Positions 1 to 8,253 of a stretch of DNA of 9,554 bases are shown here, one piece after another (position 1 is the first letter of the stretch; each line of letters starts with the position of its first letter). The DNA is taken from positions 1-9,554 of the forward strand of contig JBJCIZ010000951.1 of assembly GCA_051294375.1 (NCBI GenBank), written 5' to 3'. A program made the translations under genes and the position numbers. The notes beneath the pieces are model-generated. The model made no database searches and had not been told where the DNA came from. It was given only the letters and a program-made list of their open reading frames with translations. Source of the DNA: Paraspadella gotoi (Eukaryota > Animalia > Chaetognatha).

Positions 1-393
1 AATTGAACAATTACTTTTATAACTATTGCTGTATCGACGGAAGCGAGCGTCGCCGTAGGGGGAGACGGCTCAACGTACGACGGCCGGGAATAAAAATATC
101 TTGGTTCAAGTTTCCGAAATTCGCGATCGGGAGTCGCGTCGACGGATAATTGAAGAAGAGGGAAAAAGGGTTTGGCCGAGGCAATCAGGGTTATTTTAAA
201 TAACGTTTGATGTGACTATTTTGTAATCTTCAGTTGCCTCGTGAGAAAGTTGCGACGTTGTTACGTTGTTTTAAATCGTTTATATTTGTATAAACCTGAA
301 AGTCTAAATTGGTCATCGTCTACATTTAATGTAAATAAACATTTAAACAAGTTTGAGCAAACAATGTCGGATCTGCCCACGATCATTATCGGT

Positions 394-436
394 AATTAAT
401 TAATAATTAATTAATAATTAATTCAAGTTAATTATT
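394..436. repeat. (TAAT)n-like self-complementary AT simple repeat
   Basis: taattaattaataattaattaataattaattcaagttaattatt read directly. Confidence 0.8.
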
Positions 437-556
437 AGTGGTAATAACCTTTCTTTCTCCGTGCCGGTCAATCCCCATGGTCACTTTGCCCTAGCTATGG
501 CAATGATCTGAGATTGACCGGACAGATCAATAGGGCAATGAGATCGTTTTTTATCT

Positions 557-694
557 CGGCTCCGGCTCCAGCTCCAGTCAAAAAATGTTTTCGGCTCCAG
601 CTCCGGCTCCAGCTCCGGCCAAATAAAAATTCTGGCTCCAGCTCCGGCAAAAAAAGCTCGGCTCCGGCGCTCCAGCTCCGGCTCCACATCCCTG
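557..694. mobile_element. (G/A)GCTCC hexamer array ending in ...CCACATCCCTG; probable one-ended remnant of a hAT-type MITE
   Basis: Four blocks of GGCTCC/AGCTCC hexamers separated by A/T spacers. The reverse complement starts CAGGGATGTGGAGCCGGAGC; CAGGG/TAGGG termini with subterminal short repeats are typical of hAT-family elements. No second terminus or 8-bp TSD found. The repeat is certain; the family is inferred. Confidence 0.65.
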
Positions 695-996
695 CGAGCG
701 ACAATAGAAAAAAGTACAGCATTTAAATATTTACTATCGGACCTGATCGACAGCACTTGTGATAATTTTACCCTAGCACTTGATCCTGTTGTTTGTTGAT
801 GAATGCAACATACAGTTTACAAATGTTTAAATGAATAAACAATAGTAAAATAATATCAAACGGAAGGTACAATTGAGTAGTTTTACAAAAATACAATGAT
901 TCTAATTGTACATCGAATATTTTACAATAAACATTAAAAATGTTTCAATTTTAGAGGTTGGAAAATCTTTCAGTCTGTGCTTTTTCTTTAAGCTCT

Positions 997-2171
997 CCAC
1001 GGTAGGGCAGAGAGGATGTGAAAAGAAACTAAAAAAGTGCATCTCTGACTAAAATCTAATATACCCATGAGACACTTAATTGGTCTAGGGTCATAAAATT
1101 GATAAAGCAGGATTTTTATTAAACTGATTAAAGTTTTTAAAAATTTTTTATAAAAATTTTTAAACTTTAGTGTAATATAGCTTACAATCTTGAATGTTTA
1201 TATGTCTATCATTATCTACAAATATAAGCTTTAATTTAAAACCTCTCCCAACTTTCTATTACTTTTTGTTATTGAATTATAAGTAAAATTTTTTTTCAAA
1301 AAGATTAATCAATTAGTACCTTTGAACAGATTATTTCTTAAAAATAATAATACAAATATGTTTTCAATATGCAGTTCTACTTATTAGGCTTCAAAATAAG
1401 TTTTTTTTTAAATTAATAATAATTTTCATGTAAAAAATTTTAAAAATTAAAAAAATATTTAAAAGAATATTAAAACATACTTTAATTAAGTATTAAAAAT
1501 TAAAGCATTATGTTTGTTAATATTTTTATACATTAATAATATATATCAAATATTGAGTGAGCTATTATTATAATAATTTTATAACTAATTTTTTTTTGAT
1601 AAATAAAACATAAAATTACTTTTAAAAGCTGGATATGATTTTGAATTAAAGTGCTCAGCTAATATTTATCTGTTATTTTATTTGAGATTAAGTTTTAATT
1701 AAATATCACATATTTAAAAAAAAAAATTAATTATCTATATTTTTTTATATTATATGCATATTATATTATATTCATTTTTTTAAATTTGTTTTAAGGCCTA
1801 ATAAGTAGAACTGCATATTGCGAATATATTTGTACTTTTATTTTTAAGAAATAATCTGTTTGAAAGAACTGATTGATTAAAAATTTTGAAAAAAAAATCT
1901 AATTTTTACTTATAATTCAATAACGAAAAGTAATAAAAAGTTGGGAGAGGTCTCAAATTAAAGCTTATGCTCTGTAGATAATGATAGATGTATAGACATT
2001 AAAATTGTAAGCATATTCACTTAACTACTTAAAAATTGTTATAAAAAATTTAAAAAAACTTTAATTAGCATTTTAAAAAAACCTGCCTTTATCAAATTTT
2101 ACTTTAAGATTTTATAGGTTTCAGAGATGGCACTTTTTTGTTTCTTTCACATCCTCTCTGCCCTACCGTGG
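997..2171. mobile_element. Fold-back non-autonomous DNA transposon (~1.17 kb) with long imperfect inverted arms and CAC-type termini
   Basis: CCACGGTAGGGCAGAGAGGATGTGAAA from 997 is the reverse complement of TTTCACATCCTCTCTGCCCTACCGTGG ending at 2171. The arms align inward (e.g. gcagttctacttattagg at ~1371 vs cctaataagtagaactgc at ~1797; acctctcccaactt vs aagttgggagaggt) to about 1410/1780, with weak residual symmetry at ~1550/1660. No ORF inside and no TSD evident. Confidence 0.9.
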
Positions 2172-2203
2172 GGTGACTCAGCGAGAGAAAGAATTAAGCC
2201 TCC

Positions 2204-2394
2204 GTCAGGATCGGGATCAACAGAAATGACGACGATAATTTGAACGATGGAGAAAGCAGTTGCGACGGTGAGAGCGATGACAAAAAAAGTGACGCATAAA
2301 ACGACGATGGAAGCAGCAAAAGATACGATTATTGTGCGTGTGTTTGAGTCCGCTGCTTCAGGATCCACAGTAAGGCTTCTTTGAAAAGAAGTGC
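2204..2394 (+). repeat. Diverged ~190 bp direct repeat, copy A
   Basis: Shares collinear exact blocks with 4946-5145: gtcaggatcgg, aaatgacgacga, aatttgaacgatg, agtgacgcataaa, ttgagtccgctgcttcagga (20 bp), aagtgc. Confidence 0.9.
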
Positions 2395-2398
2395 CGAA

Positions 2399-2428
2399 GA
2401 AATACTTAAGAAATACTTTAGAAATACT
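2399..2428. repeat. 11-bp tandem repeat GAAATACTT(A/T)A, about 2.7 copies
   Basis: gaaatacttaa gaaatacttta gaaatact read directly. Confidence 0.8.
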
Positions 2429-2441
2429 GGTGAACATTTTA

Positions 2442-3336
2442 CAAGCGCCGGTAAAAAAACGCTGTCATTGAAAACCAGTAGTTATTTTATTTATTTTAAA
2501 AACTAGTCGAGTAGAACCTATTAGAGTAATTTATGTGTTCAAATTTTATATTGATCAGTTAAGATATGCTTTGACAATGAGTGGAGAATGTTGGCTTGTA
2601 AAATCGGGTTTCATTTTCCAACTCACTGTTTTTAAATTCAAATTTTTTTTTAACTTTTAGCACTTTTTTAAACTAAGTAATTATTCAAATTTTAACAATA
2701 ATATCCTCAAAAAGCCCTTAAAAATATGAAGAGAATGATATACTTACGAAAGCTTTAACATGAAAAGTGAGCTGCCCAGCCTTGGTTCAATTAAGAGTGT
2801 CAAAAATAAATTATTTAAAATTTTAAATCTTTTTTCAAAATATATGACCTGTTTAAATTATTATTATGAAATTATAACTATTATTATAACATAAAATATA
2901 ATTATTTATGTAAGTATCATGAAAGAGCCTGAGAAAAAAAGATTTAAGATAGCCAATCACAATTTGATAAATATCATAAATTTACTCTCCAGCTATTGAT
3001 ATCTATTGATATCTCGTTTTTGAGTATCCTAATTAAATTAAAGCTGGGCCGGTTAAATTTTATACTAAAGTATTTGTAAGTACGTCATTCTCTTTAAATT
3101 TCTTTAGAAAACTTACTGAAAATAAGAGAAAAAAATTGAATCTAAAAAAAGTGAGTTGGAAAATAAAACCCGATTTTACAAGCCAACTTTCTCCACTCAT
3201 TGTCAAGGCATATCTTAACAGATCAATAAAACATTTTAACACATAAATTACTTTAATATGTTCTACTTAACTAATTTTTAAAATCAATGAAATAACCACT
3301 GGTTTGCAAATGACAGCGCTTTTTTACCGGCGCTTG
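2442..3336. mobile_element. Tc1/mariner-type non-autonomous element (895 bp) with ~320-365 bp inverted arms and TA target-site duplication
   Basis: TA|CAAGCGCCGGTAAAAAA (TA at 2440-2441) mirrors TTTTTTACCGGCGCTTG|TA (TA at 3337-3338). The arms align over about 2442-2806 vs 3017-3336 (e.g. ttgacaatgagtggaga / tctccactcattgtcaa; ttggcttgtaaaatcgggttt / aaacccgattttacaagccaa; gcccagc / gctgggc). The ~210 bp spacer has no transposase. A TA TSD with CA...TG ends is characteristic of Tc1/mariner. Confidence 0.9.
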
Positions 3337-3811
3337 TAAAATTGTTACTATGTACGGGAGACGACGGAGACGTATAAAGAGTTGTGTTCAAACGCCGAAT
3401 TCTGAATGATCGTGATAGAGAGACGATGAGACGAAAGTCATGATCTTCCTTGAATGGGAGAAAAAGGAGCAACCGAGTTATTAATCGTCTGGATTTTACA
3501 ATAACACGGGTCACAAACAAAGCGAATACAGTGTCATTTTTTACAAAAGCGTTTACGAAGACAATGAAGTTTTTTAAAAAGTTGAACAATGGTAAAATCG
3601 CGATGAGTTCTCTCAAAATACTTAAAAAATAAAATAAATAAAGTATACCAGTCATGATTCAATGATGAATTCGCCATGTCATTTTTAAATACGCCATTGG
3701 TCCGTTAAAAGTCGCTGTCTTTAGTCCTTTGTTGCTTTGACAACAAAAGAACATACTCAAAAGCCATGGCTCATGACCAGAACGCTCGTAACAAAGAATA
3801 TCTAATTTATA

Positions 3812-3857
3812 ATATATACATATATATATAAAAGATATATACATATATATATATATA
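3812..3857. repeat. Interrupted (TA)n microsatellite
   Basis: atatatacatatatatataaaagatatatacatatatatatatata. Confidence 0.85.
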
Positions 3858-3925
3858 ACATTCTGGCGACTCGAGTTGACCTCAGTCAACCAGATGACCG
3901 TCGTCACAAAGAGACTGAACCTTCA

Positions 3926-3940
3926 GTCGTCGTCGTCGTC
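3926..3940. repeat. (GTC)5 microsatellite
   Basis: Read directly; followed shortly by (CTT)4 at 3947-3958. Confidence 0.85.
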
Positions 3941-4067
3941 GGCTGACTTCTTCTTCTTATTACATTGTAAAGTTTCTCTCTCTTCTTGAATTCCAAGCCA
4001 AGAACTAAAACCACGTTTTTATCTTTTTAATCGACGTTCAAATGTATTGCTATTAACTACATTTTAC

Positions 4068-4165
4068 CCACGTTAAATCTTCTTCAAGTATATCATCTTT
4101 AATTATTGTTTTGAACAATTGTAATACGTTGATGAAACGTAGAACTCTTTTTGCCTTATTATTGA
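4068..4165 (-). other. Candidate internal exon (98 nt), product unknown
   Basis: Acceptor ...tttaatttaaacAG and donor TGG|GTAAAA. One frame is open: xNNKAKRVLRFINVLQLFKTIIKDDILEEDLTW. It is followed by a 63-nt GT...ttttAG segment (4067-4005). No homology recognised. Confidence 0.3.
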
Positions 4166-4169
4166 CTGT

Positions 4170-4206
4170 TTAAATTAAAATTAAAATTAAAATTAATTAA
4201 ATTTAA
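4170..4206. repeat. (TTAAAA)n simple repeat
   Basis: ttaaattaaaattaaaattaaaattaattaaatttaa. Confidence 0.8.
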
Positions 4207-4654
4207 TCAACGACAATTCTTTGTGACGGGGGTCTCCAAAAGTTATAATTTAAAAAAGCCGCGGTTGCTCGTCGCAAGGCCATGGCTTTCGGATTTTGAT
4301 TCGCAGTAGAGTCAATTATGCGCGTTTGGGTCCAATATAAAATGTAAAACGAAGCAAAAGCACTTTGATTTCTTCGGATTTATTTTAACGTTTAGAAAAT
4401 CGATCCCGCGCTCCCCAAAAAATTGAAAGTAGACACCCTGGGCTCTCCTCCGGTGTATTCAAAATATACTTTTTTTGATTGCTTGAGGTCGGAATTAACG
4501 GTTAAAAAAGTTGTTTATTTGATTACCTAAACGAACAATCAAGCTTGGAATTTTTTTTTCATTTTTTTAGTCAGGTGCTTGGAAGAGACCAAATGCCTTC
4601 TATATATAAAGTCAAAGTGTTCTTTTGTTGAGTACAATTGAAGAAAGAGCTGGT

Positions 4655-4880
4655 TTACGGAGAGGAAGATTCGAAGGGGTAGAACCAATCTATTTCACAA
4701 TGCATCTTTAATACCATTGAACAATGTTTTGAAATTAAGCTCGGCTGCCCCATTTCAGTGTCCTTTCCCAAGAACCTACGATTCCGAACTACTACCCTAT
4801 TGCACCATTTATTAGGGCGGTGACTCGGAAATTTTTGAAAAATAATCGGATTTCTAGAGAAAACTTGATCCCCCATCGTG
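4655..4880 (-). mobile_element. Possible solo terminus of a second CAC-type DNA transposon (left boundary arbitrary)
   Basis: The reverse complement from 4880 begins CACGATGGGGG, resembling CACGGTAGGGC of the 997-2171 element. No partner terminus found. Confidence 0.3.
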
Positions 4881-4945
4881 GCGAAAACGACTGGGCACCC
4901 CCACTCTCTCTCTTCTCTGAGCACTTTCTGGCATGTATGATCAGT

Positions 4946-5145
4946 GTCAGGATCGGATCGACAAAAATGACGACGAAAAAATTTGAACGATGCTGAAGCA
5001 AATGCAACCGGATGAGAGGCGACGGACAAAAAGGCAGTGACGCATAAAGCGACAATTTAATGTAGCAAAGAGACAAGTTTTGTGGCGTCTGTTGAGTCCG
5101 CTGCTTCAGGAGCCGCAGCAAGGGGCTTCGATGAAAAAAAAGTGC
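4946..5145 (+). repeat. Diverged ~200 bp direct repeat, copy B
   Basis: Collinear with 2204-2394, with many substitutions and 1-2 bp indels between conserved blocks. Confidence 0.9.
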
Positions 5146-5294
5146 TTTATCTATACAATCAATCTAATTGCTAAATCGCTTTAGCGATTACTTACCTTGA
5201 ATTTTTTTTGGTCATTTTTTTCTGTCATTTTTTTCCATCATCTTTCTTCTCTTACTAAGAGCCTTTTTTATTTATTTTTTATTATTAGCAACGT

Positions 5295-5650
5295 TAAAAA
5301 AGTATGAAGTTTAAAAAAAAGTATACAAAGTTTGAAAAAAGTATGAGAGTTTGAAAAAATATTGCAAGTTGAAATAAAGTATTGCATAGTAAAAAAAAGC
5401 ATGGAAAGTTAAAAGTATGCAAGTAAAAAAAGTATGCAAGTTTCGAATAAACGTATTGCAAGTTATGAAACAAATTATGTAAGGTGTTGAAAAAAATGAT
5501 GTAAGTTGAAAAAATGATGTAAGTTAAAAAATTGATGCCAATTTTTAAAAAAATGAAAAAAGGTTGAAAAAATAATAAATAGTAAAAAAAAAATATGCAA
5601 GTTGGGGAAAAAAAGTGATTACAGTAAAAAAGAATGGATGCCAGTTAAAA
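5295..5650. repeat. Degenerate minisatellite, unit ~16-21 bp, consensus AAAAAAGTATGCAAGTT(G)
   Basis: Recurring units such as aaaaaagtatgaagtt, aaaagtatgcaagt, aaaaaaagtatgcaagtt, gaaaaaatgatgtaagtt (twice), aaaatatgcaagtt. Confidence 0.85.
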
Positions 5651-7926
5651 ACATATTATTAGTGCCTACATTCACAGTTTAGTTTAATCCCTTGAACGCC
5701 GTACGTTCTCTCGCTGTTTATTGGTGCAGAGCACTGGTTAATTTTTGATCAGCAGATCCTTGATTTTGGCCTTTTCGTCACTAGAATAAAAATACTCGCT
5801 GGATATGGGCGAACAGATCGGTATACACCGTGCTTATTTTATTAATATTAATTAATCTGAGCTCTCGCTTAATTGATAGATATATATTAATATATATAAT
5901 ACTGGCATAGATACAGGTGCATGAAGATTTCCGTAGTTTCCCGTCTCTCTCTATTAAGGGTGTCACACGCCTCTACATCCAGATGGACACCTACTCATAT
6001 TTTCTTTTAATGACAATAGAAATAGTGAAGAAAATGGATCAAACAGAAGCCAGCATATTCTCTTTATTTTTTTCAGATAAGCTTACGTTAGAAAGCTCAA
6101 AGTTTTTAATTCTCCTTCATCGCTCATGAGGGCCTCATGGAATCAGAGTCAAGTTGGGTCTACTACCATGGATCTAAAAATGATATCCCAGCTGTAATGA
6201 TTACAGACCTTATCTTTGGCAAAACAAGATTAATACTGTTCATTAATTCTAAATTAAATTTTTTTAGTGAATGAAACAATAACGTTTTTAACTGCTTAAA
6301 TATACAATTTATATTTTTATCAGATTATTAATGTCTCTGAAAAAGATGAAAACAAAAATTTCAAGATTTCATTTGCTCATTAAATTTTGAGCTCATTCTC
6401 AGCAAGACAACGATTTCCTCCTTGCTCCCTTGATGCTTCCTCCTATTGAAGCGGGCATTTAGATTTTATTTAGTATTTTTATCGAAGTATTATAAGTGCA
6501 TATTTATAACCATTATAAAAGTTAAACATATAAATAAAACATAAAAAATACTGTGTTAGGATATAAACCTTTAGAAAATATCTGCCCCTATGTACAATCA
6601 ATTTTAGTATGCACTATTAAATACCATCGACGACACCAAACATCCACGAACAGTGGACAGGGCTCAGCCGCAAGTGCAATGTGTAACTGACCGATGTAAT
6701 TGTTTATGTTTTAAAATAAATATCAATCTTTTATTTATTTATTAGTAATAGGGGCATTAAAAAAAACATATAAATAGTTTTTTCAGTGTCTCTTTTTTGT
6801 TTAGCGACTTTTTACTCTGAGAATTGCAGAAAATCTTGTATACGTGCTTATTTGGTTGTTATATAATTACCAGTACTATTTATTAATAGGTTTTTGATTA
6901 TTTTAAATAAAAAATATTGATTTGAATTGCAATGCTTAACATTTATTAATTATAAGTGCTGCTCGAGAAGACTTGAATGATGGTTAAAGTGACTAAAATC
7001 CCTTGCAAAAGGTTGCCTGGAAAGTAATTTTGTTAATATTTTTTCTGTCCTAGGAAAAAATTACTATCATAATTATTCTGAAAAAGTTATCAGTTCAAGT
7101 TTTGTTAATCTGATAAAAGTTCCAGATATAACCTTCTTGCTCTCCCCCTGCTTGCTCCCGTCGTCCACTTCGGTTGTTTTCCTCTTTAATACGGGTAAAG
7201 GTTATTTTTAAACATGAAAATTTCAACGATTCTGACGTATATAACAGCTTCTCATACTGTATATGGTAGTGGAACGTATTCCTTAAACTCCAAGTGCAGT
7301 CGTTTTTATTTTTTCAAAATGTTTATTTCGATTTTCTATCCACCTGTCCACAGTCTCGGTGCTCTTAACTTCGGCGATAATATGGTTTAAGGGACAAGGG
7401 TTTCCCATGCAAACTATCACGAATTAACAGAATGATTCTCCTCCCCTTTAAGCTAAATATAATTATTTATTCAAACAAAATTTACGAGTGGCTGCATTTT
7501 GATACATTGACGAGCCCTTCAACATCCTCAAATCCGAGGAGATCATCTTTCGAAATTTGGTCTACTCGGATGAAAAAATTCCTTTATGCTCTAAAATACT
7601 GCTGCTACCAAATTTGGTGCTAGTTTACCCCCAAAATAAGTTTTTTCCTCCCTAACAGACAGAGCTATATCGATTGTGCCCAATTCATTTAAAATACTAA
7701 AATAGTTTAGAAACGATGCCTCACCCCCATTTTAAACATTGACAATGTGTTTTCATTTTCAATATACTTACTTAAAATACTTAAAACTATTTTAAACTAA
7801 GCAGCTAAAAATATGATATAAACATAAAAAATTGATCTATTATTACGTTTATTAATGTTTAATTTGAAAACTTTTTTTTCGTCTTCGATTTCATTTAAAC
7901 TTAAATTCAACAAATTATTGAGGTTT

Positions 7927-8150
7927 CGTTTTCCGTGGGATAAGCAGCCTGTTCGTTCCTCAGCTTAACGAACCAAAGCCCACCGAGACGCCAAAAAACC
8001 GATTGCAACGGCCACTTCGGGGTGTCCAGTGGCTCTCAATTGTAGCTTTTACAGCCTCGCGATATCGCCTTTGATCGCCCAATTATTATAGCTTGTTTTT
8101 TGGCGGTAGCCCTTAAAAGAGAAAGGGCCCGACAGGGTCGGAGGTCTTTT
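7927..8150 (+). ncRNA. Candidate structured RNA element, family unrecognised
   Basis: Contiguous nested inverted repeats, including a perfect 11-bp stem (7989-7999 / 8095-8105) enclosing two hairpins; see findings. No match to an RNA family I recognise. Confidence 0.25.
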
Positions 8151-8253
8151 ATTTTTTAACAATCCCCTATTTTTAAAGGGACTTACATGAATAGTTATTA
8201 TAGTATTGGTCCGACGAAAAGGATATAATTTTCTAATGTTACATTTAGTTTAC

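Noticed and set aside
481-756. Three overlapping ORFs (PELEPE, WSRSWS, APAPAP)
   Set aside because: Artefacts of the stop-free GGCTCC hexamer array.
2195-2201. TAAGCCT upstream of the pseudoknot candidate as a TTAGGC telomerase template
   Set aside because: Only 7 nt, absent from copy B, and no U-rich triple-helix loop on this strand.
2147-2437. 96-aa hydrophobic ORF resembling a membrane protein
   Set aside because: It ends inside a transposon terminus, and the paralogous copy at 4946-5145 has frame-breaking indels. The hydrophobicity follows from the T-rich strand.
3060-3242. 60-aa ORF
   Set aside because: Lies wholly within a transposon inverted arm; no transposase motifs.
4375-4872. 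Weak direct similarity tcggattt...agaaaa..gatccc at ~4375-4407 and ~4846-4872
   Set aside because: Too short and gapped to distinguish from chance by eye.
4655-5121. 124-aa and 109-aa overlapping minus-strand ORFs
   Set aside because: They cross repeat boundaries, have no recognisable domain, and are not conserved in repeat copy A.
557-5650. CRISPR-like reading of the tandem arrays
   Set aside because: No identical repeats with unique spacers and no cas genes; the context is eukaryote-like.
5771-5785. CTAG as a Helitron 3' end after the minisatellite
   Set aside because: No GC-rich hairpin just upstream, and the next base is A rather than T.
5781-6129. 61-aa and 70-aa ORFs
   Set aside because: Short, partly low-complexity, with no recognisable similarity.
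6583-6756. 9-bp inverted repeat tgcccctat/ataggggca
   Set aside because: Does not extend and has no TSD; plausible by chance.
7100-7623. Short open frames on both strands, including ORF 7432-7623
   Set aside because: Fragmentary with no recognisable motif. It may be decayed repeat DNA, but I cannot support a call.
7920-7965. Hammerhead-like CUGAGGA...GAAAC on the minus strand
   Set aside because: Stem II cannot close, and there is no GAGG-UH partner for stem III on that strand.
8233-8253. 21-nt GT...AG micro-intron followed by a short open segment and GTAAGT
   Set aside because: Too short for typical animal introns, and no other tiny introns are evident in the window.
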